Of a DNA stretch of 40,684 nucleotides, positions 1 through 8,431 are shown piece by piece. Each line of letters opens with the position of its first letter. Position 1 is the stretch's first letter. The DNA is taken from assembly GCA_038321515.1 (NCBI GenBank), contig JBBQFA010000001.1, positions 1 through 40,684 on the forward strand, given 5' to 3'. The position numbers and the translations under genes are program-made. The notes beneath the pieces are model-generated. The model was not told the origin of the DNA. It saw only the letters and a list, made by a program, of their open reading frames with translations, and did not search any database. This DNA comes from Thermoleophilia bacterium (lineage in GTDB: Bacteria; Actinomycetota; Thermoleophilia; UBA2241).

Positions 1-226
1 GTGATCTACCCTCGGCACAGGTCATCTGGGCGTAGGGCCCACAGCCAGCACGCCGCCCCGGACGCGCCGTTCGCAACGCATCGCTGCCTTTCGAGTGGGG
101 CCTCATCCCTCTGCACTTGTCCGTTCTTCCCCCTCCTCATAGGCATTTTATCTTGGACGAGCGTTCCATCGCGCGAGCCGTCGCCGTTGCCGATGCCGCG
201 AGTGAGGGCAACCCAGGGAGACGACG

Positions 227-796
227 ATGGCGCGACAGAGAGCAGATGGGAGCAGGGACTGGCGCTTCGCAGTGCTTGAGACCCTCATCGCCTTCGCTGT
301 GGTCGCAATCGTCGTCGCCGTGGCCGTGCCGGCCTATGCGGCCAGAGCCAAAGAGTCGGCACTGCGGCAGAACGCTCACAGCCTGGCGCTGCAGGTCGGC
401 AGCAACGTGGCGCTCGACCTCGACCCCACTTTCATGCCTAACGGCCCGGGCGTCGACCCGGACGACTCTCCGGTAAGCCTCTCCGCGAGCCTCGCCGAGT
501 CACTCCGCTCCGGCGAAGCCGGTCGCTACCTGAACCCCCTGAACGGCAGCCGCACCATCGTCGCTCAGACAGCTCTGCCGCCGGCGGCTGACGGCACGCC
601 CCCGGCCGTCTGGATCACCGACGACCAGCACTACTCCTATGGCGCCTTCACCGCATCGCCGACGACGACAAGCCGCCTCCGCGGCACGCTCATGGTCGTG
701 TTCATCGAGCGCGACGGCCGCACTGGCTGCATCGAGGTCTTCTACGTCGGCGCCGGGGGCAAGAGGTCGGCGAGTGCCGTGGTGCTCGGAGTCTGA
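227..796 (+). CDS. type IV pilin-like / pseudopilin-like protein (orphan)
   Basis: The N-terminus MARQRADGSRDWR-FAVLETLIAFAVVAIVVAVAVPAY has the prepilin architecture: a short basic leader, F at +1, E at +5 and a ~20-residue hydrophobic helix. Residue -1 is R rather than the usual G. No pilus assembly genes are present in the window. Confidence 0.55.
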   Translation: MARQRADGSRDWRFAVLETLIAFAVVAIVVAVAVPAYAARAKESALRQNAHSLALQVGSNVALDLDPTFMPNGPGVDPDDSPVSLSASLAESLRSGEAGRYLNPLNGSRTIVAQTALPPAADGTPPAVWITDDQHYSYGAFTASPTTTSRLRGTLMVVFIERDGRTGCIEVFYVGAGGKRSASAVVLGV

Positions 797-854
797 CCAC
801 GGGGTCCCTTGATCGGCTCGCCATGCCGGTCGCTGCAGGAGGTCCCCCTGATGG

Positions 855-1784
855 CTACTGCCGCTGGAGCCACCGGGCCGCCGCCACGCCGGCCCTCGCG
901 CCGTCCCCCGCGGCAATGATGGCCTGCTTGCCGAGCTGGTCCGTCGCGTCGCCGGCGGCGAACACGCCAGGGTGACTCGTCATGAGGGTGCGGTCGACCT
1001 CTATCTCGCCCGCCGCGTTGACCTGCACGAGGCCGCCGGTCAACTCCTGGGCCGGGATAGAACCGGTCTCGATGAACACGGCGTCCACCGGCAGGACCTC
1101 TTCCCCCATTGCGTCGTCCTGCAGCGCGACGGCCGTGACGTGGTCCTCTCCAAGAATGCGCGTCACCTGTGGACCGATGCGGATCTCCACGTTCGCGTGG
1201 CCGGCAAGCTTGCTCAGCAGACTGGAGGGCACCCGCAGCGGCTGCTTGCTGACGAGCACCACCTGGGCATCGAGCGCCGCGAGCTGAAGGGCGGCGTCGG
1301 CCGCCGACTCACCCGGGCCGACCACGGCGGCCGGGCGGCCGCGGAAAAACGTGGCGTCACAGGTCGCGCAGTAGCTGACGCCGTGGCCCACCAGCTCCTT
1401 TTCGCCCGGCACGGCCAGGTGCGCCGGGGCGCGGCCGGTAGCGATGATCGCGGCACGCCCCTTCAGCCCCAACCCCTCCCGAGAGAAGACCTCGAAACAC
1501 CCTTCGCCCGGCACGAGTGCGTCGACGTGCTGCCCAGCGAACGTGTCGATATCGAAGGCGGACACGTGATCGCGCAAGTGACGCCCAAGGTCGGCCCCGG
1601 AGATCAGCTCGAAGCCGAGGTAGTTGCCGATCTGACTGGCCCACTGCACCTGGCCACCGAGCTCGCCCGCGACGACGGCCGTCGCCAGGCCTTGACGGGC
1701 GGTGTAGATGGCGGCGGCCAAGCCGGCCGGGCCACCTCCAACGATGACCACGTCGTAGCGATCCCTCGGCTGCTTCTCAGCCAT
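855..1784 (-). CDS. trxB: thioredoxin-disulfide reductase-like FAD/NAD(P) oxidoreductase
   Basis: The 309-aa product carries the FAD Rossmann motif YDVVIVGGGPAGLAAAIY, the redox-active dithiol SYCATCDATFF (CxxC) and a C-terminal GVFAAGDA motif. Its length is typical of low-Mr TrxR. Confidence 0.8.
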   Translation of the reverse strand: MAEKQPRDRYDVVIVGGGPAGLAAAIYTARQGLATAVVAGELGGQVQWASQIGNYLGFELISGADLGRHLRDHVSAFDIDTFAGQHVDALVPGEGCFEVFSREGLGLKGRAAIIATGRAPAHLAVPGEKELVGHGVSYCATCDATFFRGRPAAVVGPGESAADAALQLAALDAQVVLVSKQPLRVPSSLLSKLAGHANVEIRIGPQVTRILGEDHVTAVALQDDAMGEEVLPVDAVFIETGSIPAQELTGGLVQVNAAGEIEVDRTLMTSHPGVFAAGDATDQLGKQAIIAAGDGARAGVAAARWLQRQ

Positions 1785-2060
1785 CCGTCACCTCGGCGGC
1801 TCGCGTGTTTGGTCAGGACATGAGCAACATGCCCGCGAGCGGCCTGCTCCTCACCTGCGGCTCCCGGGCGGCGGCGGAGCGGGTCGCGCAGTTGGCGCAA
1901 GTCACCCGTCGCGAGCCAGGTGGTGAATGGCAACTGACGGCGAGCCCGGCGCGCATGCCCCGCCTCCAACCCGCTTCCGAGTGGACAGTCGGAGGAGATC
2001 GCGCTGACCGCCTCCTGAGCAGGCGTCAACGAGAACGGGGCAACTCCAACTCCAGACCCA

Positions 2061-5000
2061 TCACTTGACGGTGATCGTCGTCCGCGGCGACCTCGCGACG
2101 CCTCTCTGGAAGTAGTACTGCGCGGTCTGCGTCGGCCCGATCTCCACCTTGTACGTCGAGTAGCGCGCGGTGGAGCCGCTCCCGAGCTTCCTGGCGTGGC
2201 GCACGGTGGGGACCTGGCGACTGCTCCACGCCCCCGGGCGCCCGTAGCGCAGCGTGACGGTCGCACCCGAAGCGAGGGCCGGGTAGACGCAGCCGGAGAT
2301 GGTGACCTTCTCGCCGTGGGAGACGACGACGTCCTCGGCGCCACTCGGCCTGACGGACATGCTCCTGATCGTCGCCCACACACTGTTCAGGCCCAGCTTC
2401 GTGCGCAGCGTGCTGCCGTGCAGGAACGTCGTGCCGGCGCTGCCGATGACGGCGGCCTTCACGATGCGCGGCGAAGTGCCGGCCTTGACGCGGTAGATGG
2501 CGCGCAGCGAGCCCTTGACGTCGCCGGTCAGCGCCTGCTCGATCTGGGCCGACGTGCGTCGCAGCGGACCCCACGTGTGCAGCGGCGCCGAGCCGTCGTA
2601 GGGATCCTTGACTCCTTTGAGATAGGGCACGGCCGACGTCTGCCAAGCGTACTCGATGTTCTCAGTGCGCCCGCCGGAACACGAGAAGTAGAACGCCTGG
2701 ATGGGACGACCGCCGTAGACGGGGACGACGCCGGCGGTCGCCGCAACCGCAGCGTTGGTCCTCGCCGATTCCCAGTCCATCCCGCCGTACGCCTGTGAGC
2801 GCACGTCGCAGTAGAGATCCCACTGTCCTGTCGAGGAGCGCCGCGCGGACTCCGCGTAGGCGCGCGCGGCGCACGCCTGGGCGCGCAGCGCCGCGGCCGG
2901 CCAGGACGGAGAGACCTCGTGCGGTACGACGGCGCGCAGGTAGCTCTCGAGGGCGACGAGATTCACCATCATGAGCGACGACCCGTACGTCGCCACGCGG
3001 ATGCGGCCGCGGTGTCGGCCGGTCTGGCCGAGGTCCGTCGCCGTGCGCACGTTGAGCCGCGCCCGCGTCGGCGTGAACGTCACCGCCGATCTGAACACCC
3101 TGCTGAAGCTCCCGGCGACCACCCGGCAGTCGGCCCCCGAGCGGGTGACCGTGGCGGTCGTGCCGCCCGGTATCGTGGACGTCCCCGAGCCGCCCGTGAC
3201 CGTGTAGCGGCCGGTGCAGGTGAGCTTGACCGTGCCCACGCCTTTGCGCAGCAGGACGCGGACGGTGCTGTTCTTCACCTTGGCGAAGCCGATACCGGTG
3301 TAGTAGCGGCGCAGGATCGCCTTGTAGCCGCGCCCGTGTTTCGCCAGACCGTAGGCTCCCCACTGCGACATGCCGATGCCATGTCCCCACCCCCGGCCGG
3401 TGATCGTGAAGGCGCACTCGCCCGGGCCGTACACGCCCGGCGGAGGGCCGACCGTCAGACCCGCGACGGCACTGTAGCCGGTCTCGTTGAGCCCGCCGTC
3501 GCCGGGCATGCAGGCGCGGAACTCCCAGGTCTGACGGTTGACCATGTCGACGGTGACGGCGTAGTTGCCGTTCGCGTCGAGCTCGGCGGTACGCCACTGG
3601 ATCCAGTCGCCGCCGCCGCGGCGCTTCTGCACGGTGACCGTGCCGGCGGCCGGGGCGCCGGCGGCAGTCGTGACCGTGCCTGAGTAGGTCACCCTCGTGC
3701 CCGGCGCCACCTCGTCGGCGGAGAGGCCGAGGGTGACGCTGGCCGGCTGTGTCACCGAGGCCACGCCGATCTCGACGGCCCGAGCCGCCCCGCGTGAGCT
3801 CTCGCCCGTCACCCTCACCGTATACGCCCCATCAGCAACGCGGGCGCCGCTCGCGTCGTCGCCATCCCAGATCCGCGAGACACTGCGGCCCGACCCTGAG
3901 AAGCGCCGCACGACGGTGCCGTCCGCGGCGCTGATCTGCAGCGACCAGTTGACCGTCTCGCTGGCCGAGAAGCGGACCGTCGTCGTGTCGGCGCGACCGT
4001 CGCCGTCGGGGCTGAAGAGCGTGGGAGAGACGGTCGGCGCGTAGATCTTGGGCAGCCCGCGCTTGGCGACGGCGGTGCGCACGCTGGGCAGGTTGCCGTA
4101 GAGCGCGTTTCCCGGACAGGAGGTGAAGTTGGCGTTGCGGTGACCGCTGATGGCGGCGAAGTCGACGGCCTGGCCGGCGTCGTATTTCTCACTCGCCCGG
4201 CAGATCATGCGCGCCGAAGCGGTTGGGTTCACGTGGTGGACGTCGAGCTTCCAGGCAAGCAGCTTCTTGAGCGACGTGAGGGCGGCGGAGGGCGGCGGAC
4301 TCGAGGTGAAGGTCCCCATCAGGGCGACGCCGGTGCTATTCGTGTTGAAGCCCAGCGTGTGAGCGCCGACGACCCCCTCGCTGATGCCGCCGTAGCGCCC
4401 CTCGTAGATGGTGCCGTAGCGGTCGATGAGGAAGTTGTAGCCGAGATCGTTGAAGCCCGCGCCCTTGACATGGTAGTAGTAGACGGCGCGCACGACGGCC
4501 GGCGCCTGGCTGGGGGAGTAGCTGTCGCCGCTGGCCGTGTGGTGGACGAAGGCCATCTTCACCGGGGCAGTGTCGGGATCGGCCCGGCGCAACGACTCAT
4601 TGGCCCCCCAGGCAGATCGGCTCACGATTGCCGGCTTGCTGGCCGTGGCGCTCGCCACGTCCGAATGCCACAGCCGACCGAGGACGGTGGCCACCTTCCC
4701 GACGACGTCGAGAGCCCGATCGGCGAGGGTAGTCTCGCCCAGGCTGTTCACGAAGGAGAGCTCGAGGCCCTGGACCGGGCCATCAGAGACGAACTGGACG
4801 TAGCGTGCCTCTCCGACCCAGCAGGGCTCGGCGACCAAGCGGCGGGCGCTCACATCACCAGGCGCACTCTCCAGCGTGAGCGTCATCCACTCGGACCACA
4901 CCTCTCCGTCGAGGCTGCTGCGGACACCAACGTGCGCGTCCTCGTGCTTGCCGCCGGCGCGTCTGCCCATGGCCCCCACGAGATTGAAGTCCATGCCGGC

Positions 5001-5315
5001 GTCGAGGACGATGGCATCGGCAACCACGTCGGCATCCCCGGGCATGGATGGGTCAGCCCCCGTATCGGACGCCCGACCACCATCTGAAGATCGGTCATCG
5101 TCCGCCTTCTGTTGCGGCCGCGTCGCTGCATCTGACGGTGGGTGCACACCCGCGGGCCGCGAGCCCGGCGTGAGTCCTCCTACGGCGACATTGCGGCCGC
5201 GCACCGGCTTCGGTTTCTGCCGCAGGCCGGCGTCCCCCGCCAGGGGCATCACTGCCGTCAGGACAAGGCCTCCGATGACGATCCCGCCTGCCGTGAGTGC
5301 CGCGCGTCGCATCAT
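2061..5315 (-). CDS. secreted multidomain peptidoglycan hydrolase: Amidase_2 (PGRP-type N-acetylmuramoyl-L-alanine amidase) + FlgD-Ig-like + beta-sandwich + SpoIID/LytB
   Basis: - An AAAGGAG Shine-Dalgarno (SD) sequence lies 5 nt upstream of ATGATG, and the N-terminus is a TM/signal segment (AALTAGGIVIGGLVLTAV).
- Amidase_2 motifs: AFVHHTAS, GFNDLGYNFLIDRYGTIYEGR, GHRNANFTSCPG.
- FlgD-Ig-like: LFSPDGDGRADTTTVRF...WDGDDASGARVADGAYTV.
- SpoIID motifs: LESYLRAVVPHEVSPSWPAAALRAQACAARAYA, YCDVRSQAYGG, FYFSCSGGRTENIEYAW. Confidence 0.9.
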   Translation of the reverse strand: MMRRAALTAGGIVIGGLVLTAVMPLAGDAGLRQKPKPVRGRNVAVGGLTPGSRPAGVHPPSDAATRPQQKADDDRSSDGGRASDTGADPSMPGDADVVADAIVLDAGMDFNLVGAMGRRAGGKHEDAHVGVRSSLDGEVWSEWMTLTLESAPGDVSARRLVAEPCWVGEARYVQFVSDGPVQGLELSFVNSLGETTLADRALDVVGKVATVLGRLWHSDVASATASKPAIVSRSAWGANESLRRADPDTAPVKMAFVHHTASGDSYSPSQAPAVVRAVYYYHVKGAGFNDLGYNFLIDRYGTIYEGRYGGISEGVVGAHTLGFNTNSTGVALMGTFTSSPPPSAALTSLKKLLAWKLDVHHVNPTASARMICRASEKYDAGQAVDFAAISGHRNANFTSCPGNALYGNLPSVRTAVAKRGLPKIYAPTVSPTLFSPDGDGRADTTTVRFSASETVNWSLQISAADGTVVRRFSGSGRSVSRIWDGDDASGARVADGAYTVRVTGESSRGAARAVEIGVASVTQPASVTLGLSADEVAPGTRVTYSGTVTTAAGAPAAGTVTVQKRRGGGDWIQWRTAELDANGNYAVTVDMVNRQTWEFRACMPGDGGLNETGYSAVAGLTVGPPPGVYGPGECAFTITGRGWGHGIGMSQWGAYGLAKHGRGYKAILRRYYTGIGFAKVKNSTVRVLLRKGVGTVKLTCTGRYTVTGGSGTSTIPGGTTATVTRSGADCRVVAGSFSRVFRSAVTFTPTRARLNVRTATDLGQTGRHRGRIRVATYGSSLMMVNLVALESYLRAVVPHEVSPSWPAAALRAQACAARAYAESARRSSTGQWDLYCDVRSQAYGGMDWESARTNAAVAATAGVVPVYGGRPIQAFYFSCSGGRTENIEYAWQTSAVPYLKGVKDPYDGSAPLHTWGPLRRTSAQIEQALTGDVKGSLRAIYRVKAGTSPRIVKAAVIGSAGTTFLHGSTLRTKLGLNSVWATIRSMSVRPSGAEDVVVSHGEKVTISGCVYPALASGATVTLRYGRPGAWSSRQVPTVRHARKLGSGSTARYSTYKVEIGPTQTAQYYFQRGVARSPRTTITVK

Positions 5316-5547
5316 GCTGGCTCCTTTCTTTCCGGACTTCTGCTACGCGGATGCCGAGCCATTTGGCCCGACCTCAGCCGTTTATCGACGCCAAGGGACA
5401 GGAGTCGTAGCGACGACGGCAAGGGGCGCAGAGTCGCGAGCGCGTCACCATCGGCTGCAGGGACGCCACGTGCCCGCGGTGCTTCTCCACGCTCCCACGA
5501 CAGGCACGAGTCGCGGCATCGAGTCGTCGGCCACCACGACCCGCTCC

Positions 5548-6366
5548 TCAGCGCCGGCGGCGTCCCATGTCGAGGGTGAAGTATCGCCGGCCGCCGTCTG
5601 ACTTCGCCACGCCGATCCCGACGTCGCGGAAGACCCTCCGCAGAATGACCTTGCGGTGGCTGTAGCTGTTCATCCAGGCGGCGACGATGGCCGTCGGCGT
5701 GGCGTAGAGCGTTCCGTAGCGACCCCAGGCGATGTTCTCGCCCACGCTCCAGGAGCGGTAGCCGCTGCGCGTGTAGTCGAAGCGGCGCAGGCGGGTGCCG
5801 AGCCAGTGCCCACTGGCGCTGCGGTGCGTGAGCCTGTTGCGTCGCGCCATGTCGCGGGAGTGGACGCGAGCGGCGCGGGTGAGGTCGTACCTGGCGCGCA
5901 CCGGCCGCAGGCCGCGCTTTGCGCGCTGCTTGTTGATGAGGTTGACGATTCTTGCCTCGGTCGTGGTCGGCCCCTTCACCCTGAGCTCCCGCACAGGACC
6001 GTGGCCGGTAGCGTTGGCGCCGTTGTCCGGCATCTCGGCGCGAAACTCCCAGGCTGCCTTGCCGGTCATGCGCGCCCGCTTGACGAAGACGCCGTCGGCG
6101 TTGAGCGTGTCGGTCCGCCAGTTGACCCAGGAGCCGCCGGAGGCGCGTCGCTTCTGGATGATCACGGCGCCGGAGACGTGTCGGCCGGAGGCCGTGTGCA
6201 CGCTGCCGCGGAACGTGACGTAGTCGTTCACGAACGCCCTCGACTTCGAGAGACTGAGGGTGATGTCGCAGGGCTCTGCCGCCCCGGCAGCCGACGAGGC
6301 GATGGCCCCCTGCGCGAGCAGCGTCACGGCGGCGAGCAGGGTAATGAGGATGAGGGCTCTCTTCAT
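5548..6366 (-). CDS. secreted CAP/SCP (YkwD-like) domain protein with N-terminal beta-sandwich module
   Basis: A GGGAGG SD lies 5 nt upstream of the ATG at 6366; the ORF track starts two codons earlier at a GTG. The signal peptide is MKRALILITLLAAVTLLAQGAIA. The CAP domain reads INKQRAKRGLRPV...HSRDMARRNRLTH...GENIAWG...AAWMNSYSHRKVIL...VGIGV. Confidence 0.85.
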   Translation of the reverse strand: MKRALILITLLAAVTLLAQGAIASSAAGAAEPCDITLSLSKSRAFVNDYVTFRGSVHTASGRHVSGAVIIQKRRASGGSWVNWRTDTLNADGVFVKRARMTGKAAWEFRAEMPDNGANATGHGPVRELRVKGPTTTEARIVNLINKQRAKRGLRPVRARYDLTRAARVHSRDMARRNRLTHRSASGHWLGTRLRRFDYTRSGYRSWSVGENIAWGRYGTLYATPTAIVAAWMNSYSHRKVILRRVFRDVGIGVAKSDGGRRYFTLDMGRRRR

Positions 6367-6388
6367 GGGCACCTCCCGGAGGTCGTTT

Positions 6389-6531
6389 GCTGCGGCGCGA
6401 GAGCGCGCCGCAGCCGGTCTCGGTTCGGTGTGGAGCTGGGCTAAAGGGTTGGCACGCGACTTTCGGCGCGCCGTCCTTCAGCACTGAGCGTGTGGCGACG
6501 GCTGGTCTGCCTCAGGGCGAGTACGGACCGG
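6389..6531 (-). promoter_or_regulatory. candidate structured 5' leader (possible riboswitch-like element) of the CAP-domain gene
   Basis: These pairings are read on the minus-strand RNA.
- A long-range helix forms between CCGGU..CUCG (6518-6531) and CGAG.ACCGG (6414-6422) and encloses internal hairpins.
- It directly abuts a perfect 11-bp GC hairpin (6389-6399 with 6404-6414, loop AGAG).
- A CCUCC anti-SD-like run sits just upstream of the GGGAGG SD.
- The identity is not established. The resemblance to ydaO (c-di-AMP) 3' motifs is weak (ACCC...CAGCUC.AC.CCG). Confidence 0.25.
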
Positions 6532-7307
6532 CCGCGCACGCCGACATGCACGAGCGTGCGCCAGCGGTGGTACGGAGGTGGGAGTGAAGTGCATCAACGC
6601 CTCCCTCTCTGTCGCTTGCCGTGACGAGCGCGTCACAAGCCGGTCAGACCACGGGGGATATGGGGGAAAGTCGAGGCGAGCCGCGGGCACGGCCCTTTGT
6701 ACCCAGACAGCCTATCCGCTCCTCTCCGCCGATGTCCACCTCGGGTCGCCTGGTGCCCCATATATGAAGGCGCTGCACGGTCCAAGGTTCTTCCCGAGTT
6801 GAATGCTTTGACGTCGTGTCTGCCTTCGGCAGTCCGCGCAGCTTCCCCTGCTAGGCCGGGGATACAAAGCTAGTGTTTGGCCCTTGGCTCGAATGAGCAG
6901 GCGGACCGCGGCAGCCCGTCGGCCGTCGCACGACAGGAAGTGCGTCCAGCCTCTGTCATCCCGCCGCTCGGTGCGGTCCAAACAGCCTCACCCGACCGTC
7001 GTCGAGCCGACGGCGCGTGAGGACGTCGGCGGCGGTGAGCACCGGCAGGCGCGGAGGCTCCGACCAGCCTCACCTCGGCGTCGCCGCGAACAGGGCATAG
7101 CGGTAGACGCAGAGCCTGTCAGGCTTTGGCGGAGAGCCGTTCATCATGGGTTCGCCAGCGCCTGAGAAGACGAGCGTGTACGACCCATGTAAGAATCTGT
7201 AAGTCGTCGGCAAAGCCCGGCCGGGAGCGGTCACGGTCCACGTGCAGCGCCGAGGGCGCTTCTGGTAGCCTACCCGTCCGGCCCCACGCGAAAGGCTCAC
7301 CCTCCCC

Positions 7308-7604
7308 GTGCACGATCACATCCTCTCGCTCCGCAGCCTCTCAGCGCAGGGGCAGGGACTCAGCTTCGGCCGCGCCTTCCTCAGCTGGCATCGCGAGCCG
7401 GCCGGCGTCGCCTGGACGGGCACCGTGCGGGCAGCGACAGGTGAAGGATTGCCGAGCTCCGGGGACGAGGTCGAACTACACGGCGAGACACTGGACGGAC
7501 GCAGCATCGAGGGACGCGCCTTCGTGCGTCGGAGTGGCGGCTCCGCTGCGGTCCTCGAGTTGGAGGGACGCGGACCGCTCGTCGTGGCGGGACGCGCGCT
7601 CTAG
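7308..7604 (+). CDS. hypothetical small protein (98 aa)
   Basis: This ORF has a GTG start, high third-position GC and a natural-looking composition. It has no recognisable motif and no clear SD. Confidence 0.3.
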   Translation: MHDHILSLRSLSAQGQGLSFGRAFLSWHREPAGVAWTGTVRAATGEGLPSSGDEVELHGETLDGRSIEGRAFVRRSGGSAAVLELEGRGPLVVAGRAL

Positions 7605-7820
7605 TTCGCGCCGTGTGGCACGACCCAACTGGCGGCCAGAAGAGCGGCCACGCTGAAAGCCACGCCGACCACGCGGCGACCGTTGAGGAGTGCTGGGCAT
7701 CTTCTCAAGCGCATGACGTCGCTTCTGCGTTCGGCATCTTGCCGCCAGTTCCCCTGGGTCGAGGACGCAAAGCGGTTGCCTGGCAATGAGACTCCACGCT
7801 GCGCGGCGTGAACGTCCGAC

Positions 7821-8431
7821 CTACTGGACGAGACCGTGTTCGCGCAGTGCGGCCGCAGTCCGCTCGGAGAGTCGTCGCTGGTACTTGACTCGGCCCGACC
7901 CCACAAGGTGCCAGAGATCGACAAAGTCGCGGCTGTTGAGATGCACGTTGCTGACGAAGTCCCATGAGCGGATGCCGAAGGCAAGACGAGCTCGGCGACT
8001 GGTCGCTGGTACGTGAGGCGCCTCGGGAGCCCGCCGATGATTCTGCCTGGGCTCGTGGCTCGACGACAGTGGAGAGGAGCCCAAGCGCCAGCAGCAGTAC
8101 GCCTCAGAAGACCGCCAGCGAGTTGTGGGGCGCGGGACCCGTCGTCACGAAGCGTTTCGTTCCGGGAGAGATCCAGTTTGACATCACTGCCCTTTCGTCT
8201 CGCCCCGCGCACGCCTTCGCGTGACCGGCGGGCTTAGGGATACACCCGCAGGTCACGCTCTTCCAGCAGAAGGCACACCTCGGTCAGCATCTTCAACGAC
8301 GACTTCGAGCCCGCGATCGACGACGCCGCGCCCGACGCGCGAGCCGGAGCCACTGGCGTTGCCAGGCAGGCCTCGACGATCGCCGCAAGCCCGCAGGCCA
8401 ACCCTGTCAGCACGCGGGCGGGCGATCGCAC
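7821..8431 (-). pseudogene. decayed paralogue of the SGNH-like genes at 13923-15035 and 16491-17633
   Basis: - The C-terminal frame (7821-8084) reads RARLAFGIRSWDFVSNVHLNSRDFVDLWHLVGSGRVKYQRRLSERTAAALREHGL. This aligns with CRALADEHAIPFIDFVTDVQLGNQDFYDLAHLVDPGRAKFQGRLTSETVRLLAEYGM of the 13923 gene.
- The N-terminal frame (8234-8431) encodes a signal peptide (VLTGLACGLAAIVEACLA) and then ...VCLLLEERDLR, compared with ...AVLLLGGSAARE in the intact copy.
- The frames are broken by stops and the middle of the gene is missing. Confidence 0.6.

Noticed and set aside
1604-2646. 259-aa and 206-aa minus-strand ORFs and several plus-strand ORFs between and over the trxB and amidase genes.
   Set aside because: Their composition is out-of-frame (Arg/Ser/Pro/Ala), they overlap well-supported genes, and they have no start context.
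5316-5547. A possible riboswitch in the amidase/SpoIID leader, based on long-range pairing of GAUGCCG with CGGCAUC.
   Set aside because: Only a single 7-bp closing helix and one small hairpin were seen. There is no resemblance to ydaO or to the CAP-gene leader, which is too little evidence to report as a feature.
7601-8212. A 203-aa minus-strand ORF, the longest ORF in this interval.
   Set aside because: Its product is not protein-like. Two other frames at the same locus carry clear pieces of the SGNH-like paralogue, so I annotated the locus as a pseudogene instead.
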